DNA of 64,000 bases. It comes from Hypanus sabinus. Taxonomy: Eukaryota. Location of the stretch: assembly GCF_030144855.1 (NCBI RefSeq), contig NC_082731.1, positions 28,520,001 to 28,584,000 on the forward strand, written 5' to 3'. Positions within the stretch are counted from its first letter, which is position 1. Every line of letters starts with the position of its first letter. The position numbers and the translations under genes are program-made. The notes under the pieces are model-generated. The model made no database searches and was not told the origin of the DNA. It worked only from the letters and a program-made list of their open reading frames with translations. Positions 12,357 to 22,812 of this stretch are shown here, piece after piece.

Positions 12357-12656
12357 CTTCTTGATACGTCATGTTGACCTGACCACTGAAACCGGAAGGT
12401 GTGTGATTCACTTCACAAGTATATTTCTGTTTCTTGGTCCATTCCTGCACAGGCACTGTCAGATAAGCGATTGTTTCAAATCCACCACCAGATCTCCGAG
12501 TGGAACGGAGAACAATGCCTTCTTGGGCAGATCCAGCTTTTTTCCAGGATACTGTAACGTTGTCAGGAGAGAATCCAGATATCACACAGCCCAGGACAGC
12601 ATTTGCTTGACTGTGGATCATCTCCCGGGATGGAACAAGGGAGCTGAGCTTCGGAG
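12357..12656 (-). CDS. IgW: IgW CH2 exon
   Basis: Acceptor tgtgttacag| and donor G|GTGAGT; 300 bp. PKLSSLVPSREMIHSQANAVLGCVISGFSPDNVTVSW...YTCEVNHTPSGFSGQVNMTYQE. Confidence 0.95.
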
Positions 12657-13597
12657 CTGTAACACATTTAATATCTGTCAGTACATGATTGCTTTGCCCA
12701 TGCTTTGGATTTCATTCCCCCTCATCCCGGGCAAGTTCCCCGGTTCCAGCTTTCTCAAGAATGGTGTTAATTTACAGCTGATCTGATGATCTGATGGTTC
12801 ACACCAGTGAGTGGGAGGGCTGGGTGTATCACTTGGGTCTCCCAGCAGCGTGTCCCACTATGCTATGATAATGCAGAGAGGTGGGTCATGGGGTTGAGGT
12901 GCAGACCTGCCGTGATCTAATTGTTTAATGGAGAATGACTGATACCAGCTCCTGTGAGCAGGAGTACATGGTGTGGTACTGTTTCCACTGGTGAGTTTGG
13001 GAAAAACAATTTTAGGTTCAATGAGAAAGAAGAACAGATGGACAGGAGGGAATTATTTTGTTGTATCTGCAATGTTTGTTCAGATCTGTGAAGAAGATGG
13101 TTAAAGAAGGGCAGTGGAGTGGATTTCTTCATCACATTCACCAGGGATTGCTTTTACCAGAAGAGGGGCAGCTGCAGGGTGGAGGGGAAAGTGCAGGAGG
13201 AGTGGGGTAAAGTTTAAATTGTTGTTCTGTGTGGAGGGGTACGATGGGCCAGCGGTCTCTGTATGTGTACAGGAGCTGATCTGTAGGGAGGTTTTTGTGG
13301 GATGGGATGGTGGAGAGGTTCCTGAAAGGAGTGGATACAATGGAGGCAGATCAGCACAAGTTGTTTCCTCCACCCTCCGCTGATACGGAGTTTCATTGAG
13401 TTCAGGAGGATGTTTCCCCCCATATCAATTCCATACGTTTTCTCACTGTGATTTTGGTGAGGAGTCATACTGCCATTGTAAGATTAGAATAAAGGAGTTA
13501 ATTGCCGTGCTGAATATTATCTGACAAGGGTTCGTGTTCCAGATTTACACTCTGAGATCAATGCAGCTTTTAAGAGAAAATTATGTCTCATACTAAC

Positions 13598-13900
13598 ATT
13601 GAGGTTTCTGTAATGGCTGGAACCCCACTGTCACCGTCCCTGCCTTGCACGTGTAGACTTTATTCTTCTTCCAGTCTGCCGCAGAGACTTCAAGCAAGCT
13701 GCTCATCGTGTACTTTGAATTTTGCCCCAACACCGCCGGGTATTTCTTGATTCCAGTGGTGATGTCCCCACTGTTAGTGGACCATGTCTGACTGATGCTC
13801 TCAGGCTGATAGTCCTTGACCAGACAGAGGAGCCTGATGCCTTGGTCAGATTCTGTGGTGCAGGAACGAGTGATGTAGACTGATGGTGTGGACTTGACAT
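13598..13900 (-). CDS. IgW: IgW CH1 exon (missed by the ORF track)
   Basis: Acceptor tttccatttcag| and donor T|GTTAGT; 303 bp. Manual translation: [40 protein letters not shown]...[25 protein letters not shown]...QKPQ. The early Cys is the expected light-chain link. Confidence 0.92.
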
Positions 13901-15349
13901 CTGAAATGGAAAGAAATTCACAGAAGTTCTGTAAGTAAATGCATGACTAGCAGACAAAGGAGACATGTTATACATTATCATTACTAACTACTGTGCTGAA
14001 GTCTGAGATACATAAGCTGGGATCCCCACCCGACCCCTCCACTGTACTGTAGTAATTTTATGTACTGCACTGTACCTCAGCCACTAAAGAAAAACAAATT
14101 TCATGGCAGATGTGAGTGAGGATAAACCTGATTCTGATGTGGGTCTCTATTGTGGACTGAGAGTGGGAAAGGGAAGGGAGTGAGAAGCATCAGAGAGACA
14201 TTCTGGAAAGATCAATAAACCAATTGTTTTGAATCAAGTGACCTTGCCTGTTGTCTCAGAGCTGGTTGGAACTGCACCCATGCCAACTGCTGCCCCTGCT
14301 CTATCACATGTCCCCTCCCGTGGTGCTTCACCGTCACTGTTCCCAACATGTGTTGCTCTCGCCAGATTTACAAACTCACTCTCCACTCCACTTTGACAAA
14401 TATGTTACTACGGAAAAGTCTTAGGCACGCTAGCAATATACATGTGTCCAAGATTTTTGCACAGTACTGTTTATAAATGAGTAATTTCCAAAATTATTCA
14501 CCCCATGAAACAAAACTCTCACCACTTCAACACCCAGCTGGGAATCTGTGTCACTGAGCTCAGAGGCTATGGGTCAGTCTCACAGTGGAGGCTTGAGCCC
14601 ACAGTCACAAGTGTGCCCCAACACCACACCCAGAACTGTACTCATCCAATGTCCGATGTGAAGTTGATGCCAACATTGTGTTTGCCTTCTTTACCACAGA
14701 CTCAACCTGTAAATTCACCTTCTGGGAGACTCGCACGAGGACTCCGAAGTCTTCCGCACTTCTGATGCACCCTCTGCACTCCTTGATGCATCTGACACCG
14801 TTCAAAATTCAACCCATGCAACTGAGGAAGAACTTCAACCGCACCGAGCCTGTGGAAATTACAAGCCAAACGCCTTCCCAACACACCAGGCCCAGAATCG
14901 CACTGAGATGAATGGTGACTGTGATCCTTTGACAAGTCTAGTCTGCGAGGGAATCATGGAGGTGGAATCCCCAGTTTAATCCAGGGAACTCCAGCAAGGT
15001 CCCGTGTCATGTGGTGGAGTGTGGTGACAGTTCCGGTGTCATCTATCACTCAGTAAATCTTGGGGCACAGTGGTCTGTGGAACTGTGAGACTGACTCCAG
15101 TGTAAGTGGCTAGACACTGGTAAATGGTTCACTTCGGGAATGCCAGCTACAGCCAGCACCATTCAAACCACAGTATCTTCAGTTTCCCTTGTATTGAGCA
15201 GCAGGGGAAAGGGATGGTCAGCTGTGGTCTGAGGAACCTTGCTGCTGTTTATCAGCGTCAACCCTTGACAACAAGGGAGTTACAGGACCAAAGACCTGGG
15301 ACCATCAGGACGACCATCAGTAATCTGTGACTATCTATTCATCTACCAC

Positions 15350-16085
15350 ACAGTCAGTAACTTTAAATTCCTGGGTGTCACTATCTCAGAGGACCTGTCC
15401 TGGACTCAGCATATAAATGTAATTGCAGAGGAAGGACAGTGCCCCTACTTCCTCAGGAGTCTGTGGAGATTTGGCACAATGTCTAAAACCTTGATAAACT
15501 TCTATAGATGTGTAGTGGGAAGTGTATTGATTGGCTGCTTTACAGCCTGGTATGGGAACAGCAATGGCTTTGAATGGAAAATACTGCAAACGATAGTGGA
15601 TACAGCACAGTAAATAATGGGTAAAGCACTCTCAACCATTGAGCACATCTACATGAAATGCTGTCGTAAGAAAGCAGCATCTATCATCAAAGATCCTCAC
15701 CACCCAGGCCCGGCTCTTTTCTCACTGCTACCATCAGGCAGAAGGAACAAGAGCCTCAGGACTCACAGCACCAGTTTCAAGAACAGTTACTACCCTCAAC
15801 CATCCGGCTCTTGAATAAAAGAGGATATTTACACTCATCTATTGAGATGTTCCCATAAACAATTATCTCACTTTAAGGACTCTTTACTTTGTTATTTATC
15901 GCTATTTATTTAGGGTTGCATTTCAACAGTTTATTGTCTTCTATGCTCTTGCTGTTTCATTGATCCTGTTTACAGTTACTATTCTATAGATTTGCTGAGT
16001 ATGCCCACAAGAAAATGAAACTCAGAGTTGTATGTGGTGACATATATGTACCCTGATAATAAATTTTACTTTGAATTTTCAGACT
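15350..16085 (+). mobile_element. Rex1/Babar-like non-LTR retrotransposon, 3' fragment
   Basis: FKFLG-type RT tail, IIKDPHHPG..LFSLLPSGRR, and a 3' end ending ataataaattttactttgaa. Confidence 0.7.
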
Positions 16086-16639
16086 TCAAATGAAGGTTTT
16101 CCAATGGCGGGGAGCTTTAGGAATTGTCGGCTAAAAGTGACCATTCCCTTCCAACATCACCCAAACAGACTAGATTGTCATGTTGTAGTTCAGCTTGTGG
16201 ACAAGTGATACACTGCAGAAGTACTTGCTGGGTTGGGAAAGGTCCTGGGATGTTCTGGGGTTGTAGAAGCCAAAAAAAAAACAAATTGTTTTCATCAAAA
16301 TAGGAAAGGTACGTTGCATCCGGAGTTTCTCTGGTTAGTAGATTATTTACCTCCACGCCTCTCTGAATTCAGTAAAAGAAAACTGGGAACGGTGTAGTAG
16401 CCAGAAACCAGACTGATGGAGTTTGGTGAAAGGTCACTGATGTGAAACATTAACTCTGTTTCTCACCCCACAGATGTTCCCTGAGCTGCTCAGTGTTGAC
16501 AGTGCAGGAGGCACAATAATGTCAGCTGAGGATTGCAGCTGAGGATCTTTTACATCCCGGGACCAGCAGGTGGTAAGTACAGTTCTGTCTGGATCAGTGT
16601 TCCTCTGGGTCTTTATAAAAACACCCATCAAACTGACAG

Positions 16640-16942
16640 CAGGGTGCTGGGTGAAGAGGGGAACTGGATCTGGGTGGGTCACAGGGTGCTGGGGTGAAGA
16701 GGGGAACTGGATCTGGGTGGGTCACAGGGTGCTGGGGTGAAGTGGGAAACTGGATCTGGGTGGGTCACAGGGTGCTGGGGTGAAGAGGGGAACTGGATCT
16801 GGGTGTGTCACAGGGTGCTGGGGTGAAGAGGGGAACTGGATCTGGGTGGGTCACAGGGTGCTGGAGTGGAGGGGAACTGGATCTGGGTGGGTCACAGGGT
16901 GCTGGGGTGAAGAGGGGAACTGGATCTGGGTGGGTCACAGGA
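16640..16942. repeat. 43-bp G-rich minisatellite (about 7 copies) in the J-CH1 intron
   Basis: Unit CAGGGTGCTGGGGTGAAGAGGGGAACTGGATCTGGGTGGGTCA repeated head to tail with few variants. Confidence 0.95.
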
Positions 16943-17070
16943 GCTGAGTATTTGTACAAAACGATCGATGGTGAATCAGCAGATTGGTGGAGGTTCAGTC
17001 TGATTTCAGTCTGTATTGTAGTAAGTGGATAGAACATCGGGGAGTATGAACAACAGATGGGCAATTTTAT

Positions 17071-17420
17071 TTATTCATTCGTCTTTTGGGATCTGGGCTT
17101 TGCCGGTAAAGTCTGAATGAATTGCAGCTGAACCCTGTGTCCTCTTGTTGCAACCATTTCAGCCCTGGGAAAAAGCCTCTGACTCTCCACACGATCAATG
17201 CCTCTCATTATCTTTTTCAACTCTATCATCCTCCATTGCCCCAATGAGAAAAGGCCAAGTTCACTCAATCTATCCTCATAAGGCATGCTCCCAATCCAGG
17301 AACCATCCTTGTAAATCTTCTCTGCACCCTTTCTATGGCTTCCACGTCCTTCCTGTAGTGAGGCGACCAGAACTGAGCACAGTACTCCAAATGGAGTCTG
17401 ACCAGGGTCCTATATAGCTG
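17071..17420 (-). mobile_element. CR1 LINE 3' fragment
   Basis: YEDRLSELGLFSL...KIMRGIDRVESQRLFPR...TRGH. Confidence 0.8.
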
Positions 17421-17902
17421 CAAAGGGTAAGGATGGTGAGGATGAGAGATCTCCTTCCCTGAGGGACATCAGTAAAACCGAAGGGTCATCATTACTAATG
17501 ACTAGATTTAAAAACAATACCAATTATTAAGATGATGGAAATCTGACCACAGATCCAAACCTGTTGCAGATTATGATGAACTGAGTTTAGATTTGTCAGT
17601 TTTGTTGTGGTGGTAACCATGGACTGTTCATCCATCCCTCTGCACTACTCATCTGCTTTGATGTACTGCCCTGTTTCCCATCACTCCGAATCCAACTTTC
17701 TGCCTGTCCATTGGATCACTGTGTCCACGGTGTCCTGGACAATATTTCTCCTTCAATAACATCTCCAGAACAGACTGTCGGATCGTTCTCCCCTTGCAGT
17801 TTGTGGATTCTGCTGTGTGCAGAGTGGCTCCACATTCCCGACTCTACAACAGGGCTGTACTTTGAAACTACTTCATTGCCTGTGAAGAGCTCGGGGACAC
17901 CA

Positions 17903-18590
17903 TAGAAACATAGAAAATAGGTGCAGGAGTAGGCCATTCGGCCCTTCGAGCCTGCACCGCCGTTCAGTATGATCATGGCTGACTATCCAACTCAGAACCC
18001 TGTATCTGCTTTCTCTCCATACCCACTGATCCCTTTAGCCACAAGGGCCATATCTAACTTCATCTTAAATATAGCCAATGAACCGGCCTCAACTGTTTCC
18101 TGTGGCAGAGAATTCCACAGATTCACCAGTCTCCGTGTGAAGAAGTTTCTCCTCATCTCGGTCATAAAAGGCTTCCCCTTTATCCTTGAGCTGTGACCCC
18201 TCATCCTGGACTTCCCCAACATCAAAAACAATCTTCCTGCATCTAGCCTATCCAATCCCTTTAGAATTTTATACGTTTCAATACGATCCCCCTCAATCTT
18301 CAAAATTCCAGTGAGCATAAGCCTAATCGATCCAGTCTTTCTTCATATGAAAGTCCTGTCATCCCAGGAATCAATCTGGTGAACCTTCTTTGTACTCCCT
18401 CTATGGCAAGAATGTCTTTCCTCAGATTAGGGGACCAAAACTGCACACAATACTCTCCATACGGTCTCACCAAGGCATTGTACAACTGCAGTAGAACCTC
18501 CCTGCTCCTGTACTCAAATCCTTTTGCTATGAATGCCAACATACCATTTGCCTTTTTCACCGCCTGCTGTACCTGCATGAAAAGTGCTCT
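17903..18590 (-). mobile_element. CR1 LINE 3' fragment with 3' UTR
   Basis: QVQQAVKKANGMLAFI...YCVQFWSP...YEERLDRLGL and TRGH-like/RRNFFT motifs; tail ctatgtttctatg. Confidence 0.85.
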
Positions 18591-20082
18591 GTAAATGTCA
18601 GCACTTTATCTCGCAACCACTTTTACTGAATCACCAACAACACTGGTTAATGCAGGAAAACACTTGTTAAAAAAACCGAGTTGGGGGATGGAGGAGGGCA
18701 AGAAATTAGAGCAGTTGTTCTGTCTGTGAACTGAGAATAAGCAGTTCATTTGAACAGTGAAGTTCAACTCCCCCATGAGTGTGTGATGGGACAGGTTGGG
18801 GGAAGCTTCACTCTGTGTCTGACCTCTGCTGCCCCTGCCCTGGGAGGGATGGGACAGTGCAGAAGGATCTTTCTATTTAATCCGTGGCTGCCAGGACAGG
18901 ACATGGGAGCTGTAATCTGCATTTAACTCATGCCCTGTGTATCCTTGGGTGATTGTTGGAATCCCTTTGAGGAAGAATTTCCCAGATTTACAAGATAAAT
19001 ACTGATTCCATTGAATGACAGAGCAGAGAGTGAGGCCATTCATCCGATAGTGTCTGTGCTTCCCTTTAGCTGAGCAAACTCAATAAACCCATTGGTCTCT
19101 CTGCTCTTCCCTGTATCCCTACAAAAGGCGGATCTCCTCCTGTTCCCTCTCTACACTCACTATTGGCCACCACCATTATTCAAGCAGTGTGTTCCAGATC
19201 ACAAACGTTTATCAACAAACCTTCCCTTAAATGCTCGCCTACTACACATTATTGACTGAAACGCTTCCTCCCCACCCCACCTGCACCACTCCCCTCTCCC
19301 CCGCCCACCAATGCAAGGCTGCCCGGAATGTGTGAAGGAATTGTGATTTCAATTCCCTGCCTTACCCTCTTGCACCACTTCCCCACTGCCTTCCCACTCC
19401 AAAATTCTTCCCCACCATACCCAGCCTCCTCACCCATCAGGGAATAAAACTAAAACCACAATCCCATCAATTTATCCTGGGATATCGCCGATACTTTTGC
19501 TGTATCCCGGGACGGACCTCAGGCCGGACATTACATGATGGGACTGACACCCACCTGTACCCTGGGGGTATTGAGCCATCAACCAGATCATACATGTGTA
19601 ACCATTCCCTCAGATTATGTCTCAATCCCATTACCTTCAACATGAAAGCAGCCGACAGTAAAACCCGATCCCAATAACTTGACACGGAACAGATCCATTG
19701 TTGTCACTGACAGGGAGCGAGTTCAACTGCACTGAAACGCTCAGACCCTGAACGTGGCTTCAGTTGGTGCTGAGGATCAGAAGCCAGACTTGAACCAAAC
19801 ACTGAGCTCACTCAGCACAACCGGCCGGTGTCAAGACACAGTCTGGTGACAAGATCCGACCCCATTCCCCTGAGCCTGTTCCCGGTCTGTGGACAGTTCA
19901 CTGGTGGGGTGCGGTATGTACCCTTGTACTGTTACTGGGCTCTAGAGAAACCCGCCGGTTCGGGGAGATTCATGTACTCGCTCTAAATATCTCACTGATA
20001 TCAGGTGAATCACCGAATTCGCCAAAACCGTAAATAAATAAAATTCTAGTGCGTGAAGGTACAATTGAGAAGTTGGTCTTAC

Positions 20083-20130
20083 CTGAAGTCACTGTCAGCG
20101 AGGTTCCTCCGCCCCAGTAGTCAAGATAGT
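20083..20130 (-). CDS. IgW: IgW JH segment
   Basis: YLDYWGGGTSLTVTS with the WGxG motif; donor G|GTAAGA. Confidence 0.95.
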
Positions 20131-20169
20131 CACAGTGCTCCGTCTCCCCATTCACCCAGTGCAGTAACT
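20131..20169 (+). promoter_or_regulatory. J 23-RSS
   Basis: CACAGTG (20131-37), 23-bp spacer, non-consensus nonamer GCAGTAACT (20161-69). Confidence 0.85.
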
Positions 20170-20505
20170 TCACTTGCCCGTCACATCCAATAATCTCAGC
20201 AAAATGTCAACATGATCCCTGTCCGGACCGGGAGCAGCCGCTTCCTGGATTTCCATCCCAAACTCCGTCCTTGTCTCTTCCTGGCGTGTCAATAAAACAG
20301 GCATTTTCACAGTTTTCCTGTCTGCGGACACTGGCTCCCGCCATCACCCAGAATCAGAGTCGAATCCTTTTTGGGCTTTTAATTGTCCGGAAATGGACAT
20401 TTACACCCAGCAGTCCGAGTCAGGCTTCAGGGACTTGACTCTGGGAAGCAGCAATGCGGAATCCGTGGAGACAGACTGCGCTGCAGACGCTCCTTTGTCG
20501 GGGCC

Positions 20506-20570
20506 AGTTTCTGTTCAGCTCCCCGTCACCGTGTTCCATAGTCACAGTGCTTCACCGCAGGTCACAAACC
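20506..20570 (-). other. DH2 segment (coding 20534-20542, ACTATGGAA) flanked by 12-RSS on both sides
   Basis: V side: CACAGTG-12-TCACAAACC (20543-20570). J side: CACGGTG-12-ACAGAAACT (20533-20506). Confidence 0.9.
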
Positions 20571-20907
20571 GCCTTCATCACATCCAGCCCGAAATCCAGT
20601 GGATCCCAGAGCCGGCCGGCGGATTTATTAAACCCTCCCTCTGTGTCCGGGTGTCCCACACAGCGGGTCTCAATCTCGGCCACCCCAGTCCTGAAGTGGA
20701 GATGATATAACCCACCGGGACCTTTCACTGGGCTTCCACTGACAGCTCCTCCTCGGTGGTCCCGTTCCCTTCCAGACACTTCTCCAGTGGAATTTGTTCC
20801 CACTCCCAGATTATCCACTCGGGATCTGATTGATATTCACGGATCCCGGGGTAAAGGCCGGTGGAGGCGCCCGAAGAGCGCCATTTAAAGAGGGTTTTTT
20901 TGCAGTA

Positions 20908-20990
20908 GGTTTGTGTATGGAGGGAGCCGCCATCTCTCACACTGTGCCAACCACTGTATAGTCACAGTGATACACCGCCGTACAATAACC
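20908..20990 (-). other. DH1 segment (coding 20947-20962, ACTATACAGTGGTTGG) with 12-RSS (V side) and 23-RSS (J side)
   Basis: CACAGTG-12-ACAATAACC (20963-20990) and CACAGTG-23-ACACAAACC (20946-20908). All three frames are open. Confidence 0.93.
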
Positions 20991-21324
20991 TCCGCCCCTC
21001 TCACTGTCTCCCAGCACAGTCACTCCTCAGTCAAACCACACGGGAAAACCAAGGTCTCTCTGATCATCAGTGTTCCTCGGCGCTAGACCATTTTGTGGAA
21101 ACTGCAGACCAGGCAACGATACCCGGTCTGCTCGATCGGTGACCCCAGCCCCGCTGCGGCGCTTGGCTCCGTGTTGCCATCTGAAGTGATCCACATAGCC
21201 TTTCGGTTTCCCTTCTCATGAATCCCGATTGACAACCCTCTTCCCATTCCAGAGCGACGCAGTAAAGCCGGGAAGATCACTGCTGCCCTTTTTCTCAGCG
21301 CCCGAAGAGCAGGCGCTCTCGCTG

Positions 21325-21363
21325 GGTTTTTGTCCCGGTCCAGTCCCGGATCCTCTCACTGTG
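21325..21363 (-). promoter_or_regulatory. V 23-RSS
   Basis: Perfect consensus CACAGTG-23-ACAAAAACC. Confidence 0.97.
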
Positions 21364-21658
21364 TATCCCGCACAGTAATAGGTGGCCGTGTCGTCCAGTT
21401 TCAGGCTGGTCATTTGCAGAGTGACGGTGCTGCCGCCCTTGGAAATGGTGAACCGGCTCTGGACTCCAGGCGCGTAATATTTATCGTCATCGTAGTCTAT
21501 CCTAGCCAGCCACTCCAGCCCTTTCCCGGGGACCTGTTTCACCCAGTGCACGCTATAGTAGCTGCTGAACCCTCTGAATGCACAGGTCAGTGTGTGAGAC
21601 TGTCCGGGCTTTGCCACCGCTGACTTGGGCTGTGTCAGCACGACTTCGGACCGCACGC
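21364..21658 (-). CDS. IgW: IgW VH exon
   Basis: Acceptor ttattgacag|. GVRS-EVVLTQPKSAVAKPGQSHTLTC...VHWVKQVPGKGLEWL...RFTISK...DTATYYCAG with canonical Cys, Trp, Cys and no stop. Confidence 0.97.
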
Positions 21659-21767
21659 CTGTCAATAAAAAAGAGCAGAAATTAATAAAATGTTCCACGG
21701 ACAGAGGTTCACAAAGCCTCCGAGAAACAGCCGGTCCCGGGTGGGCGACAAGCCGCGGGACACCCAC

Positions 21768-21813
21768 CTGCCAGACAAGACAGGAGGAGACAGAGATAAG
21801 GAACGACCCCCAT
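21768..21813 (-). CDS. IgW: IgW VH leader exon
   Basis: ATG at 21813, MGVVPYLCLLLSCLA, 46 bp, donor G|GTGGGT, 109-bp intron to the V exon. Confidence 0.92.
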
Positions 21814-21901
21814 CGCTTTGAACACTGAGCCGGACTTGGACACTGTTGAGATCGGCGGCTTCAGCTCAGGCCGGCTTTGTCCGGAGCCGCAGTGAGCGCT
21901 G

Positions 21902-21909
21902 TTTAAATA
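21902..21909 (-). promoter_or_regulatory. Probable TATA box of the VH promoter
   Basis: TATTTAAA about 90 nt upstream of the leader ATG, in a CpG-rich region. No ATGCAAAT octamer seen nearby. Confidence 0.55.
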
Positions 21910-22168
21910 GGGACGTGGGCTGTGAGTGAGAGAGGGAGCCGCGGTTTGAACAGGCTCTCACACACTGAAATCAGAGGCGCAGCTTCCTGTCCCCGCCCAC
22001 AGCAGCGATTTCAATTCCCCAAAAGGTGTTTGTCTCTGCAACAGGAGGCAGGTCAGCGGCAGTGACCAGATCCGGATTAAAGATCTGTCACACTCTGCTC
22101 GATTCATCAATTTCAGTGATGAACAGTTTGTGTAAACTGAAGCACACAGATTCCCAGCGAGAGAGAAT

Positions 22169-22812
22169 GAGAGACACTAGTCAGTGGACAGATATCCCTC
22201 TGCGAGACAGGGACTGAGAGACACCAGTCAGTGGACAGATATCCCTCTGAGAGACACAGACTGAGAGACACCAGTCAGTGGACAGATATCCCTCTGAGAG
22301 ACACCAGTCAGTGGACAGATATCCCTCTGAGAGACAGGGACTGAGAGACACCAGTCAGTGGACAGATATCCCTCTGAGAGACACAGACTGAGAGACACCA
22401 GTCAGTGGACAGATATCCCTCTGCGAGACAGGGACTGAGAGACACCAGTCAGTGGACAGATATCCCTCTGAGAGACAGGGACTGAGAGACACCAGTCAGT
22501 GGACAGATATCCCTCTGAGAGACACAGACTGAGAGACACCAGTCTGTGAACTGATATCCCTTTGAGAGACAGGGACTGAGAGACACCAGTCTGTGGACAG
22601 ATATCCCTCTGAGAGACACCAGTCAGTGGACCGATATCCTCCTGAGAGACACAGAGTGGGAGACACCAGTCGGTGGACAGATCCCCCTGAGAGAAACCAG
22701 TTAGTGGACAGATCCCCCTGAGAGACAGGGACTGTGAGACACCAGCCAATGGACAGATGCCCCCAGAGACACCAGTCAATGGAGAGAACTCCCCCTCAGA
22801 GACAGGGACTGA
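22169..22812. repeat. 47-bp minisatellite (about 14 units, some shortened to about 33 bp) upstream of the VH promoter
   Basis: Unit GAGAGACACCAGTCAGTGGACAGATATCCCTCTGAGAGACAGGGACT, decaying toward the right end. Confidence 0.95.

Noticed and set aside
21015-21050. Extra RSS or third D between V and D1
   Set aside because: CACAGTC to GGGAAAACC spacing is 20 bp, and there is no partner RSS.
21814-22168. Octamer-driven IgH promoter
   Set aside because: No ATGCAAAT or ATTTGCAT seen. Its absence agrees with what is known for shark IgH promoters and is not new.
16640-22812. CRISPR arrays at the two tandem repeats
   Set aside because: No unique spacers, no cas genes, vertebrate context. They are minisatellites.
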